A DNA stretch of 24,000 nt from Cytobacillus oceanisediminis (GCF_003182355.1 NZ_QGTW01000003.1:361273-385272), one strand, 5' to 3'. Shown: positions 1-9,100, counted from the stretch's first letter. A program made the numbers and translations. The notes: generated by a model not told the origin, from the letters alone.

Positions 1-684
1 GTGTTCAGCAGCCTCAAAAGAAATTGCATTATCCAAAGCCAAAGGGCCATCCACAACACAATCTTTAATTTGTCCCCGCTTGTTCATAAGGGATAAAGCA
101 GCCGCATCCAGCGTGGCCTGCATAGCCGGATTAACAACCTCCACTGCTGCAATAGGTGCAACCAGCGGCTTCTCAATCCCAATGCTCCTTGCTATGTCAA
201 CTGCGTTTTTCACAATTTGGGCTTTCTGATTAAGATCAGGTGCAATATTCATAGCTGCATCTGTTATAATCGTAAATCGGTCAAAGCCAGGAACTTCAAA
301 TACAGCTACATGCGATAATATATTTCCTGTCCTTAAACCGAAATCTTTATTCAAAACAGCCTTTAAGATTCCAGCAGTAGGGATATTCCCTTTCATCAAA
401 ACATTGGCTTTAAGCTCCTTCACAGCTCTCACTGCCTGTTCTGCCGCCGAAGCTGCAGATTCTGCAGGAATAATTTTAAGCTTCGGGCTTTCCGCTATTC
501 CACTATGCTTCTGATTTATTAACTCGTGAATTTTTTCTTCATTCCCGAATAATAAAAAGCTTGCTAAGTTACGCTTAATCGCTTCTGCGACAGCTTCCAG
601 CACTTCATCATCTTCTGCTGCGGCTACAGCTACCGTTTTTTCACCAAATTGGGTTGCTCTTGTTATAAGCGAATCCAATTCCAT
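1..684 (-). CDS. ptb: phosphate butyryltransferase (Ptb); N-terminal 228 codons, C-terminus lies beyond the window start
   Basis: My translation from the ATG at 684 gives MELDSLITRATQFGEKTVAVAAAEDDEV...LMKGNIPT...LSHVAVFEVPGFDR...DGPLALDNA, typical of Ptb/Pta-family acyltransferases. RBS GGTAAGGGGG lies upstream. Sits directly downstream of bkdR and a sigma-54 promoter, as in the B. subtilis bkd operon. Confidence 0.85.
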   Translation of the reverse strand, partial: MELDSLITRATQFGEKTVAVAAAEDDEVLEAVAEAIKRNLASFLLFGNEEKIHELINQKHSGIAESPKLKIIPAESAASAAEQAVRAVKELKANVLMKGNIPTAGILKAVLNKDFGLRTGNILSHVAVFEVPGFDRFTIITDAAMNIAPDLNQKAQIVKNAVDIARSIGIEKPLVAPIAAVEVVNPAMQATLDAAALSLMNKRGQIKDCVVDGPLALDNAISFEAAEH

Positions 685-777
685 CTGTTCAACCCCCTTA
701 CCAGAAAAAGCGCATGGCCTAAGCCAAGCTTCTTCACTTTGCTTTCAAATCTTTGATGCAACATCCGATTATTATAC

Positions 778-794
778 TTGCAAGAAGTATGCCA
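778..794 (-). promoter_or_regulatory. sigma-54 (SigL) -24/-12 promoter of the ptb/bkd operon
   Basis: Minus strand reads TGGCAT-ACTTC-TTGCA, with GG-N10-GC spacing matching the consensus TGGCAC-N5-TTGCW. It lies about 95 nt upstream of the ptb ATG and just downstream of the sigma-54 activator gene bkdR. Confidence 0.75.
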
Positions 795-813
795 ACTCAA
801 AAACCCAATGAAA

Positions 814-839
814 ACGCTTTATTCACTATGCTAAAGCGT
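814..839 (-). terminator. inverted repeat between the bkdR stop and the sigma-54 promoter (bkdR terminator and/or activator-binding site)
   Basis: ACGCTTTA-N10-TAAAGCGT is a perfect 8-bp inverted repeat. On the minus strand it is followed by TTTCATTGGGTTTTT. It starts about 25 nt after the bkdR stop. Confidence 0.4.
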
Positions 840-863
840 GAAATAAATTGCATACTATGAAAA

Positions 864-2930
864 TTATTGCATGCTAATATTTGCAATATTATATTTCTCC
901 AGCTTATAATACAGATTCCTCACCGACAATCCCAGCGTTTTTGCTGTCAGCGTTTTATTTCCTTCAAGCTTCTGCAGCGTCTGGCGGATCATTTTTTCCT
1001 CATATTGCTCAACCAGTTGAGACAGTGTTTTATCCTGTATCACCTCACTTATTTCCTGACTGGCAGCTGTGCTGTTCGAACTGATTAGTTCCGGGATATG
1101 CCTTTCCTCTATTTCCGTTTCATTGTAGCTCATAAAGATTATGGCTCTGCCGAGTATGTTATCCAGTTCTCTTACATTCCCCGGCCAATCATAGGCCATC
1201 AGCTTTTCAATCGCTTTTTCCGTTACTCCCTCAACATTTCTCCCATATTCCTGATTAATTTTTTGGATCAGTCTGCTGCTAAGCAGCGGGATATCTTTTT
1301 TTCTTCGCCTTAAAGAGGGAATATGTATCGGCATCCTATTTAGCCTATAGTATAAGTCTTCCCTAAAAGTGCCATTAGCAATTCCTTTTTCTAAATTGAC
1401 ATTTGTTGCGGCAATAATCCTGACATCAATATGGATTGGCTTAGTTCCTCCGACCCGCGTAATTTCATGCTCCTGCAGAACCCTTAGCAGCTTGGCTTGA
1501 GTATTGGCTGTCAACTCTCCAATTTCATCGAGAAAGATGCTCCCTTTATCAGCCTCTTCAAAAAGCCCTCTTTTTCCGCCTCTCTTGGCTCCGGAGAACG
1601 CGCCTTCCTCATAACCGAACAGTTCGCTTTCCAATAATGATTCAGATAAAGCAGCACAATTCACTCTTATAAATTTGTTATATTTTCTGTCACTCGCATT
1701 ATGGATGGCATGGGCAAACAGTTCTTTACCTGTGCCAGATTCGCCACGGAGCAGAACCGTGGCCGGTGTTTTGGCGCCGAGCTTCGCCTGTTCTATTGCA
1801 ATAGTTATCTCTTCTGATGTTCCAATGATATCTTCAAATGAATATTTTGCCTCCAAAGTCCGGATAATCTGCCTGGCCCGATGCAATTCCCTGTTTAGGC
1901 TTTGAATTTCCGAGACATCATGAATAACGCCTACACTTCCTTTTAATTTTCCATTAACGATAACTGGAGCGACATTAACTACAACATCCTTCCTTTTCGG
2001 TCCGACCCTCATGGCCACTCCTCTCATCGCTCTTCTTGTTTGAAGCACCTTCATATGTACACTTTCACCTTCAGATATATCTGTCGTTGCAGGCTGGCCG
2101 ATAACCTCTTCCTCTTTAAGTCCTGTCAGCCGTGAATAGGCCGGATTGATTAATATCCCTTTTCCGTTTTCATCTACAACTGAAATAGCTTCTTCACTGG
2201 ATTGGATAATTGCCTGAAGCATTGTCTGTATTTCCTTGAGATTAGTTATTTCCTCAGCCAGCGTGACTACCTCAGTAATATCTTTAAAAACAGCGAAGGC
2301 ACCCATCAGCTCATTATTTTCACCAAGCATCGGAATTCTCGTTGTGATAATCTTAAGGCCATTCTCTAAAATCATTTCCTGATTGACCTCTACCCTTCTC
2401 GTTTCCAATACTCTGGGCAGCAGGCTATCCGTTATAACGTCATTCACCTTTTGGCCGATAGCGTCTTTTCTTTTTATTCCGGTCATTTTCTCTGCACTTC
2501 GGTTAAAAACAGTAATTCTGGCATGATTATTAATGACGATCATGCCATCATCAGTAGAATTAAAAATCAAATCATGTTTATAAGCTTCATTTCTGAACTT
2601 CGAAATCAGCTCTTCCTTTTCTTCAAGAAGCTTTGCGATTAAATAAGCAACACTTCCCGGTATTAAAACAGTGTCCTTGCTTCTTGCTTCTCTAATATCT
2701 ACAAAGACCTGTTCATTCCCAGTAACCTCTATAATAATATCTATATTTTGATTCATGAATTCGCGCCAATCGGTGCCAACAGGAATCCCATTTTCTTTTG
2801 CAAGCTTCAGTCCAGGAGCATCGGAATTAACATCTACCATAGCTTTAACATCCAAAATAGCTGTTTCTTTTATAATTTTCAATATAGCTGTTCCGCCTTT
2901 TCCTGCTCCAACAATCATAGCTGTTTGCAT
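864..2930 (-). CDS. bkdR: sigma-54-dependent transcriptional activator BkdR (N-terminal GxGxxG domain, PAS domains, AAA+ domain, HTH)
   Basis: 688 aa. Walker A GESGTGKE, sigma-54 contact loop [15 protein letters not shown], Walker B IFLDEIGE, and a C-terminal Fis-type HTH ([17 protein letters not shown]). Position upstream of ptb matches B. subtilis bkdR. Confidence 0.9.
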   Translation of the reverse strand: MQTAMIVGAGKGGTAILKIIKETAILDVKAMVDVNSDAPGLKLAKENGIPVGTDWREFMNQNIDIIIEVTGNEQVFVDIREARSKDTVLIPGSVAYLIAKLLEEKEELISKFRNEAYKHDLIFNSTDDGMIVINNHARITVFNRSAEKMTGIKRKDAIGQKVNDVITDSLLPRVLETRRVEVNQEMILENGLKIITTRIPMLGENNELMGAFAVFKDITEVVTLAEEITNLKEIQTMLQAIIQSSEEAISVVDENGKGILINPAYSRLTGLKEEEVIGQPATTDISEGESVHMKVLQTRRAMRGVAMRVGPKRKDVVVNVAPVIVNGKLKGSVGVIHDVSEIQSLNRELHRARQIIRTLEAKYSFEDIIGTSEEITIAIEQAKLGAKTPATVLLRGESGTGKELFAHAIHNASDRKYNKFIRVNCAALSESLLESELFGYEEGAFSGAKRGGKRGLFEEADKGSIFLDEIGELTANTQAKLLRVLQEHEITRVGGTKPIHIDVRIIAATNVNLEKGIANGTFREDLYYRLNRMPIHIPSLRRRKKDIPLLSSRLIQKINQEYGRNVEGVTEKAIEKLMAYDWPGNVRELDNILGRAIIFMSYNETEIEERHIPELISSNSTAASQEISEVIQDKTLSQLVEQYEEKMIRQTLQKLEGNKTLTAKTLGLSVRNLYYKLEKYNIANISMQ

Positions 2931-3022
2931 TATCTAACCCGCTTTCATTGAAAATCTTTGCATACCCGCCTCTTATGAACATGCAATACTCTTCACGTTT
3001 TATTTTAGCATAGTTACTGCGC

Positions 3023-3050
3023 TTGACAAATTTCTCTAATGATTTATTAT
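3023..3050 (+). promoter_or_regulatory. candidate sigma-A promoter for the small membrane protein gene
   Basis: TTGACA (3023-3028), 16-nt spacer, TATTAT (3045-3050), about 37 nt upstream of the ATG at 3087. Confidence 0.45.
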
Positions 3051-3086
3051 TTCGATAGATGACTTCGTTATGAAGGGAACTGTTAT

Positions 3087-3323
3087 ATGATCAGACTAAT
3101 TGCATTATTGATTCTTTTGCTTCCAGGTGTACTAGCTGTTTATGGAATAAAATTAATGAGAGATATGGTTTTTGGCATCCTGCAGAGCCCATTTCCTTAT
3201 TTATGGCTTCAATTTATTGCAGGATTGCTGTTTTTACTAATCGGGCTTGGCTTTATCGCAGGCTTTGTCCTTTACCGCGATCGAAAAAGAAATAAGGTGC
3301 AAGCACGGTTTAAGATAAAATAA
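3087..3323 (+). CDS. yqzF: small two-TM membrane protein, YqzF/DUF2627-like
   Basis: 78 aa with two hydrophobic helices and a basic tail (YRDRKRNKVQARFKIK). RBS GAAGGGA. Divergent from bkdR, as I recall for B. subtilis yqzF; the symbol rests on memory of synteny and size. Confidence 0.65.
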   Translation: MIRLIALLILLLPGVLAVYGIKLMRDMVFGILQSPFPYLWLQFIAGLLFLLIGLGFIAGFVLYRDRKRNKVQARFKIK

Positions 3324-3339
3324 AATTTAACTCTCTAAA

Positions 3340-3585
3340 CTCGTCTGTTTGATTTCCAAGTTCTCGCTTCCGCGGGTGGTCAGGGAGCCCCTCGGCTATT
3401 TCGGCCTGTGGGATCTCCCATTTGACTCGCTTCTCCTGCACGATTTTGAATAAGCATCCTTGAAATAAACACCGCACGAAGAAAATGCGAAATGCATTTT
3501 CGGGGATTTCGCATCTTCCGCTCCAATCAAAAGAGTGCCAAAATCAACAATAAGCTTTAACATAGTCAAATATTTAAATAAGTGA
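3340..3585. repeat. intergenic repeat element, copy A (longest copy)
   Basis: Non-coding segment richer in GC than its surroundings. Its 3' ~70 nt (3514-3582) align at roughly 80% identity with 8900-8965 (TTCCGCTCCAA(A)TCAA...AAAATCAACAA..AGCTT..ACATAG..AAATATT.AAAT). The GCGAAAT, TTCCGCTC and AAGCTTTAAC blocks recur at 12530-12602. Confidence 0.7.
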
Positions 3586-3595
3586 GGGATACTCC

Positions 3596-3733
3596 GTGAA
3601 GCCACTGCAAATTTCGCCTGAAACTGCTCTAAAGTTATCTGAAAAGTTAAATCTCCCTTTGGAGCAAATCATGCATATGCCTCAGCATATATTAATTCAA
3701 AAAATGATTGAGCTTGAAAAGGAAGAAAAGTAA
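3596..3733 (+). CDS. hypothetical small protein (45 aa), convergent with spo0A
   Basis: GTG start preceded by GAGGGA with about 6-nt spacing. Translation: VKPLQISPETALKLSEKLNLPLEQIMHMPQHILIQKMIELEKEEK. Followed immediately by a rho-independent terminator. Not in the ORF track because it is under 60 aa. Family not recognised. Confidence 0.45.
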   Translation: MKPLQISPETALKLSEKLNLPLEQIMHMPQHILIQKMIELEKEEK

Positions 3734-3742
3734 AACAAAAAA

Positions 3743-3781
3743 AGGTTCAGTATGAATTAATTTCACACTGAGCCTTTTTTA
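3743..3781. terminator. bidirectional rho-independent terminator
   Basis: AGGTTCAGT-N15-ACTGAGCCT stem with one G-U pair, flanked by an A-run upstream and TTTTTT downstream. Confidence 0.6.
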
Positions 3782-3789
3782 TTGCACTT

Positions 3790-3812
3790 AAAAACGCTCC
3801 TTAAAGGAGCGT
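3790..3812 (-). terminator. spo0A rho-independent terminator
   Basis: Minus strand reads ACGCTCC-TTTAA-GGAGCGT followed by TTTTT, about 50 nt after the spo0A stop. Confidence 0.7.
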
Positions 3813-3863
3813 CTAAAGAACATGATGAGAATTTATAAGTAGGTGGTATTAGTCCTTACCCTT

Positions 3864-4652
3864 TCAAGAAGCCTTATGCTCCAAACGAAGCTTATCGGCA
3901 ACCATCGCGATGAATTCAGAGTTCGTTGGCTTTGCTTTTGTCATGCTGACTGTATAACCGAACAGCGAAGAAATGGAGTCGATATTTCCGCGGCTCCAGG
4001 CCACTTCAATTGCATGCCGGATCGCACGTTCCACCCGGCTCGCAGTTGTATTAAACTTTTTTGCAATATCAGGGTATAACACTTTTGTAATGGACCCAAG
4101 AAGTTCAATATCATTATATACCATAGAGATCGCTTCACGAAGATATAAATAGCCCTTAATGTGGGCAGGCACACCAATTTCATGAATGATGCTTGTAATG
4201 CTAGCGTCGAGGTTCTTTGGCTTTGCCTCTGCCTGCGGACGGTAAGCAGAAGATGGCTTGCGAAGTACAGCACTGGACTTTCCGCTGACCTGGCGGATAT
4301 GGCTTGCCAAATTGTCCATATCAAAGGGCTTCAGGATAAAGTAAGATGCTCCCAGGTCTACTGCCTTTTTAGTGACATCTTCCTGGCCAAAAGCAGTCAG
4401 CATAATGACATTCGGGAGAGTATTCAAATTTAGATTTCTCATCTTTTCAAGGACAGCAAGTCCATCCAAATGAGGCATGATTATATCTAATACAAGAACG
4501 TCGGGCTGAGTCTGCTCCAAAACCTCTAAACATTCCTGTCCATTATGGGCTACCCCTGCAACATCCATATCTTCCTGGGAAGATATATATTCTTCTAAGA
4601 GTCCGACTAGCTCCCTGTTGTCATCCACAACACAAACTTTTATTTTCTTCAC
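3864..4652 (-). CDS. spo0A: sporulation master response regulator Spo0A
   Basis: 262 aa. The receiver domain (VCVVDDNRE...[13 protein letters not shown]) and the Spo0A-specific C-terminal DNA-binding domain ([19 protein letters not shown]...[15 protein letters not shown]) are unmistakable. GTG start with a GGAGG RBS. Confidence 0.97.
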   Translation of the reverse strand: MKKIKVCVVDDNRELVGLLEEYISSQEDMDVAGVAHNGQECLEVLEQTQPDVLVLDIIMPHLDGLAVLEKMRNLNLNTLPNVIMLTAFGQEDVTKKAVDLGASYFILKPFDMDNLASHIRQVSGKSSAVLRKPSSAYRPQAEAKPKNLDASITSIIHEIGVPAHIKGYLYLREAISMVYNDIELLGSITKVLYPDIAKKFNTTASRVERAIRHAIEVAWSRGNIDSISSLFGYTVSMTKAKPTNSEFIAMVADKLRLEHKAS

Positions 4653-4750
4653 TTACTTTCCTCCTCGGTCCATTTATGGTCTCTTTTAAAAGATGTTCAA
4701 ATAGTTTGAACTCGCTCTTTTCGGTATCTATTTCTATTCTAAATGACAAT

Positions 4751-4887
4751 TTCGACAATGCAACAAAAAATCCTTTAGTTTTTTGAAAATTTCTTAAAAA
4801 AGCGGCAAAATCTCAATTTTTCTTTTGTTTTCTTCACTTTTCGACTACTTTCGTCATATACTTTAATTTCCAAATATATTTGTCGAA
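4751..4887 (-). promoter_or_regulatory. spo0A upstream control region with four 0A-box-like heptamers
   Basis: In the coding-strand sense: TTCGACA (4887-4881), TGACGAA (4856-4850), AGTCGAA (4846-4840) and TGTCGAA (4757-4751), against the consensus TGTCGAA. An AAAGGATTTT element (4776-4767) resembles a sigma-H -35 but no clean -10 was assigned. Confidence 0.6.
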
Positions 4888-4920
4888 AAATCTTTATATA
4901 ACCTATTTTAACATAAAAGT

Positions 4921-4944
4921 AAAAAAAGACGGGACTTTCCCGCC
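4921..4944 (-). terminator. spoIVB rho-independent terminator
   Basis: Minus strand reads GGCGGGA-AAG-TCCCGTC followed by TTTTTTT, about 25 nt after the spoIVB stop. Confidence 0.7.
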
Positions 4945-4969
4945 TTTTTCATTCATCCACTTTATTTAT

Positions 4970-6259
4970 TTACGACGCCTTTTCCTCTGTCTTTTCATAT
5001 ATATCAATCCCGGCTTCATTTAGCATCCATTCAATATGGACACCATATCCGGAAGTCGGATCGTTTACAAAAACATGTGTTACCGCTCCAATAATTTTGC
5101 CATCCTGTATAATCGGGCTTCCGCTCATCCCTTGGACAATTCCGCCTGTTTTATCCAATAGCTTTTGGTCCGTAACTTTTATGACCATTCCTTTGGTTGC
5201 AGGGAATTTTTGCGGAATGGTACTTACAATTTCAATATCGAATAATGAAACTTCATCATTATCGACCACAGTCAGGATCTGCGCCGGACCTTCTTTTACT
5301 TGATGTGACAACGCAATAGGCATTGGTTTGTCAAAAATTCCATTCTTCATATCCCGGTTTAATTCCCCAAATATTCCGAAAGGACTGTTTCTGACAATAT
5401 TGCCTATAATTTCTTTATCGGATGAGAATCGAGCCAATTTTTCTCCCGGATTTCCGTTGCTGCCTTTTTCAATAGAAGTGACAGTGGATCTGACAATTTG
5501 GCCGTCCTCCACCACAATTGGTTTCTTTGTGTCCATATCAGAAATAACATGGCCCAGGGCCCCATATTTCTTTGATTCAGGGTGATAAAAAGTCATTGTG
5601 CCAATACCTGCTGCAGAATCGCGAATATAAAGTCCAAGCTTGTAGGTTTCTTCCCCTTTTTCTTTCAACGGAGTAAGCTCGGTCTTTACTTTGCCGCTTT
5701 CACGGCTGACAACAATCTGAAGCGGGTTTCCCTTCTTTCCTGCTTCCTGTACAAATGGAGCTACATCTGACATTTTCTCGATTTTCTTGCCATTAATTTC
5801 AGTGATGATATCCCCGATTTTTATGCCTGCAGTTTCCCCAGGTGAAGCTTTACCATCAGCAGTATTTACCTGATGGTGGCCAACTACTAACACGCCTACA
5901 GTATTAAGCTTTACCCCAATGCTTTGGCCTCCAGGGATTACTTTGAAATCCTTTAATACGTTAACATCAACCTTCTTAATCGGAAAACCAGCCAATTCTA
6001 AAAACATTTCATTTTTCCCATTCTCTCGTGCGTGAAGAGAAACTGAATGGTTATCTTCTTTCAGTGAAATACTTGAATTATCTATGGACAATCCAGCTGA
6101 TACTGCTTCTGCTTTCACAAAATCAAGCTGCTGTCCTTCAAAAAGAGTTATATTTGCAGGTATTTGCAAATAATCTTGAACAGGCTTAGAAAAACCTAAT
6201 GCAATTAATGAAACAAGGAGAATTCCACCAATTATTTTACGCATAACGTCATATGTCAA
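4970..6259 (-). CDS. spoIVB: SpoIVB signalling serine peptidase (PDZ domain plus peptidase S55)
   Basis: PDZ region ([16 protein letters not shown]) and catalytic motifs GALGH and GMSGSPII. The ORF track starts at a GTG at 6292. I prefer the TTG at 6259, about 10 nt after GAGGAGA, which gives [12 protein letters not shown]...; the start is uncertain by about 11 codons. Confidence 0.9.
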   Translation of the reverse strand: MTYDVMRKIIGGILLVSLIALGFSKPVQDYLQIPANITLFEGQQLDFVKAEAVSAGLSIDNSSISLKEDNHSVSLHARENGKNEMFLELAGFPIKKVDVNVLKDFKVIPGGQSIGVKLNTVGVLVVGHHQVNTADGKASPGETAGIKIGDIITEINGKKIEKMSDVAPFVQEAGKKGNPLQIVVSRESGKVKTELTPLKEKGEETYKLGLYIRDSAAGIGTMTFYHPESKKYGALGHVISDMDTKKPIVVEDGQIVRSTVTSIEKGSNGNPGEKLARFSSDKEIIGNIVRNSPFGIFGELNRDMKNGIFDKPMPIALSHQVKEGPAQILTVVDNDEVSLFDIEIVSTIPQKFPATKGMVIKVTDQKLLDKTGGIVQGMSGSPIIQDGKIIGAVTHVFVNDPTSGYGVHIEWMLNEAGIDIYEKTEEKAS

Positions 6260-6320
6260 ATTTTTCACTCTCCTCGCTTCTAGTCCACCCACATTAAATG
6301 GCTACATCTATAATTTTGCC

Positions 6321-6351
6321 TGCATCGAAGGCATTTATAACAGCCATTGAC
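6321..6351 (-). promoter_or_regulatory. candidate forespore (sigma-F/G type) promoter for spoIVB
   Basis: Minus strand reads GTTATA-N15-GGCAAAATTA, resembling the sigma-F consensus GYATA-N15-GGnnAnAHTR. spoIVB is forespore-expressed in B. subtilis. Motif match by eye only. Confidence 0.35.
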
Positions 6352-6352
6352 A

Positions 6353-6381
6353 TAAAAAAAGCTATCCTTCTTTGGATAGCT
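6353..6381 (-). terminator. recN rho-independent terminator
   Basis: Minus strand reads AGCTATCC-AAAGAA-GGATAGCT followed by TTTTTTT. Confidence 0.7.
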
Positions 6382-6456
6382 TTTCAAGGTATCAGCATCC
6401 CGCCTGCCCACACTGCTTTTAATGCAAAAAGAGCAAGGGCTTAGGACGTCTGGTAA

Positions 6457-8139
6457 TTATTTTAACTGATTGGCTAGCTGGAGCAATTCTTTGGCATGCT
6501 CTTTCGTTAAATCGGTGATTTCAACTCCTGAAATCATTCGCCCGATTTCCTTAATTTTTTCATCATCCGTTAAAGGTTTGACAGTTGTTTTTGTTCGCCC
6601 GTCTTTTATGTTTTTGGCAATAAATAAATGTGTATCCGCCATTGCAGCAACCTGCGGCAAATGTGAAATGCATAAGACCTGCGAGTTTACGGAAACATGG
6701 TGAATTTTCTCAGCAATTGCCTGTGCAACCCGGCCGCTGACCCCTGTGTCTACCTCATCGAAAATGATGCTGGTAACCCCTTGATGCTTTGAAAAAATGC
6801 TTTTTAAAGCCAGCATTATTCTGGACAGCTCCCCACCAGAAGCAATCTTTGACAATGGTTTGACAGGCTCTCCCGGGTTGGTGGAAATATAAAATTCAGC
6901 CCTGTCAATCCCATTCTTTAAAAAGCCGTCAGGTTCAGAAGAGAATCTGACTTCAAAAACGGTCTTTTCCATATATAATTCCTTAAGCTCTTTGTGGATT
7001 AACTTTGTTAAATGAAGTGCCGCCTTTTTCCTTAGCCGGCTTAGCTCTTCCGCTTCAACCAAAAGGTCTTTTTTCAGCGCAGCAACTTCCTTCTGGAGTT
7101 TATCAATATGCGTCTCTTTATTTTGAAGCGTTTCAATCTCCTCTTCAATCTTCGCTGCATACTCCAGGACTTCTTCCACCGTCTTCCCATACTTTCGTTT
7201 TAAACCGTTAATTTCGTTAAGCCTGTCTTCTATTTCGTTAAGCCGCTGAGGGTCATATTCCATAAAGTCCATCTCATTGCGGAGTGATCTTGCAGCGTCC
7301 TCCAGCATATAGAAGCTGTTTGATACATTCTCGGCTATTTCTTTATAGGCGGGATCCAGCTCAGCTGCATCCTGCAAATGCCCCATAACCATCCCTATCC
7401 AGTCAAGACCCTTTTGTTCGCCCTGAAGGCCGTTATAGCCTGTTTGCAGGGAATCATAAATACGCTCAAAGTTAGAAAGCTTTCTTCTTTCTTCAAATAG
7501 CTCTTCATCTTCATTTATTTTTATCTGAGCCGACTGGATTTCATCCATCTGGAATTGTATTAAGTCCAGCCGGTGTGCCATTTGCTGTTCATTTTCGCTT
7601 AAATTTTTCAGTTTTTTTAACGTACTTTCATACGATTTGTAAATCCCCTGATATTCTGCTAAAGCGTTTGATATTTTATTCCCGCCAAATTGATCCAGAA
7701 GTGATAAATGCCGAGTTTCGTCCATAAGCTCTTGGTGCTCATGCTGTCCGTGAATATCAATAAGAGTACTTCCTATTTCCCTTAAGGTTGAGATAGTAAC
7801 AAGTTTCCCGTTAACCCTGCAGACACTCTTCCCTGACTTTGATATATCCCTCCGCAGGACTACCATTCCATCTTCAATTTCTATGCCAAATTCCGATGTT
7901 TTCCTATAACAGGGATGTTTAGGGTCGTCCAGTTGAAACAGTCCTTCAATTACGGCCTTATCCTCTCCGTGGCGGACAAACTCGGCCGATCCCCTGCCGC
8001 CAACAAGCAAATGAATCGCATCTATGATGATTGACTTCCCTGCCCCGGTTTCACCGGTTAAAACAGTTAAGCCCTTTTCAAATGTCACAGAAAGGGCTTC
8101 TATAATAGCAAAATTTCGTATTGATATTTCATTTAACAA
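6457..8139 (-). CDS. recN: DNA repair protein RecN (SMC-like ATPase)
   Basis: 560 aa. Walker A GETGAGKS, long coiled-coil middle, signature SGGELSRIMLAL, Walker B IIFDEVD. TTG start 6 nt after GAGGTG. Confidence 0.95.
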   Translation of the reverse strand: MLNEISIRNFAIIEALSVTFEKGLTVLTGETGAGKSIIIDAIHLLVGGRGSAEFVRHGEDKAVIEGLFQLDDPKHPCYRKTSEFGIEIEDGMVVLRRDISKSGKSVCRVNGKLVTISTLREIGSTLIDIHGQHEHQELMDETRHLSLLDQFGGNKISNALAEYQGIYKSYESTLKKLKNLSENEQQMAHRLDLIQFQMDEIQSAQIKINEDEELFEERRKLSNFERIYDSLQTGYNGLQGEQKGLDWIGMVMGHLQDAAELDPAYKEIAENVSNSFYMLEDAARSLRNEMDFMEYDPQRLNEIEDRLNEINGLKRKYGKTVEEVLEYAAKIEEEIETLQNKETHIDKLQKEVAALKKDLLVEAEELSRLRKKAALHLTKLIHKELKELYMEKTVFEVRFSSEPDGFLKNGIDRAEFYISTNPGEPVKPLSKIASGGELSRIMLALKSIFSKHQGVTSIIFDEVDTGVSGRVAQAIAEKIHHVSVNSQVLCISHLPQVAAMADTHLFIAKNIKDGRTKTTVKPLTDDEKIKEIGRMISGVEITDLTKEHAKELLQLANQLK

Positions 8140-8157
8140 TCATATCACCTCATTTAA

Positions 8158-8335
8158 AAAGCGAAGGCGCCTCGCTGTAGGAACGCAGACTAAAGGCGCC
8201 ACGTCCTGTGGCAACGTCTGCATGACCTGCATCCTGCAGGCCTCAAGCACAAGACTCGCCTCACAGGAAGGTTTTCTTTACCTTTCTGGGAGGCTTGGCT
8301 TGTGACCTCGAGGCGGGCAGTCGCTGAAGCTGGAC
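8158..8335. repeat. GC-rich intergenic insert, probable divergent member (copy B) of the repeat family
   Basis: About 180 bp, clearly GC-richer than its flanks. AAGGCGCC occurs twice. Hairpin CAGGAAGGT-N7-ACCTTTCTG at 8262-8286. Shares GACTCGC(C/T)TC and GCGCC-TTCGC-like blocks with copy A. Relationship and orientation uncertain. Confidence 0.45.
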
Positions 8336-8364
8336 AAGTATCGAATTACTAGCTCATTTACAAT

Positions 8365-8814
8365 CTAGAGCATTTCAAGAAAACGGTTTGAAATCGCTTC
8401 TGTATCCTCTGGTGTTTTGCATATGATTAAACATGTGTCATCACCGCAAATGGTTCCCAAAATTTCTTCCCAGTCCAAATTATCAATAAGAGCCCCGATG
8501 GCCATTGCATTACCGGGAAGGGTCTTCATAACAAGCAGGTGGCCTGCTGTATCTACTCTGACAAAGGCATCCATCAGATTTCTTTTCAGCTTCTGCAATG
8601 GATTAAAGCGCTGGTCGGCGGGAAGGCTGTATTTATACCTTCCATCCATTAATGGAACCTTCACAAGATGAAGTTCTTTTATATCCCTCGAGACGGTTGC
8701 CTGGGTTACATTAAACCCGGCATTCTTTAATTCATCAACAAGGTCATCCTGAGTTTCAATATCGTTATTCGTTATAATCTCGCGAATTTTAATGTGTCGC
8801 TGGCCTTTATTCAC
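8365..8814 (-). CDS. argR: arginine repressor ArgR/AhrC
   Basis: [13 protein letters not shown]...[18 protein letters not shown]...GTICGDDT closely parallels B. subtilis AhrC. I place the start at the second GTG (8814), 6 nt after AGAGGTG, giving 149 aa. The ORF-track GTG at 8823 lies inside the RBS. Confidence 0.93.
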   Translation of the reverse strand: MNKGQRHIKIREIITNNDIETQDDLVDELKNAGFNVTQATVSRDIKELHLVKVPLMDGRYKYSLPADQRFNPLQKLKRNLMDAFVRVDTAGHLLVMKTLPGNAMAIGALIDNLDWEEILGTICGDDTCLIICKTPEDTEAISNRFLEML

Positions 8815-8884
8815 TTTTATCACCTCTATATTTTAAAAGCGTGTATCCGCTAATAGGCTACGGCTTTTTAAAGAATAGCTCTGT

Positions 8885-8965
8885 TAAGCTCGCCTGCTGA
8901 TTTCCGCTCCAAATCAACTAGCGCTAAAATCAACAAGAGCTTACATAGCCTAAATATTAAATCAT
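8885..8965. repeat. intergenic repeat element, copy C (short copy)
   Basis: 8900-8965 aligns with 3514-3582 at roughly 80% identity (see copy A). Confidence 0.7.
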
Positions 8966-9100
8966 AAACCAAGTATAATCTAATCATATGTTAGCCGATT
9001 TTCCTTATAAAGTACAATTTTTCCCCGTATAGGATTATAATTCGTTAAAAAACGACAAAATCCCTTGTGATCAAACAATAAAAGAGGAACAGGCTTCCGC

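Noticed and set aside
3396-3605. 69-aa minus-strand ORF
   Set aside because: It lies entirely inside repeat copy A, has no RBS, and its sequence (…SCRRSESNGRSHRPK) is typical of a translated repeat.
3941-4433. ORFs overlapping spo0A (3941-4324 -, 4161-4433 +, 3843-4079 +)
   Set aside because: They are alternative-frame or antisense shadows of the unambiguous spo0A coding sequence.
8024-8305. 93-aa plus-strand ORF
   Set aside because: It starts antisense to the recN 5' end and runs into the GC-rich repeat. There is no RBS, so it is a shadow or repeat artefact.
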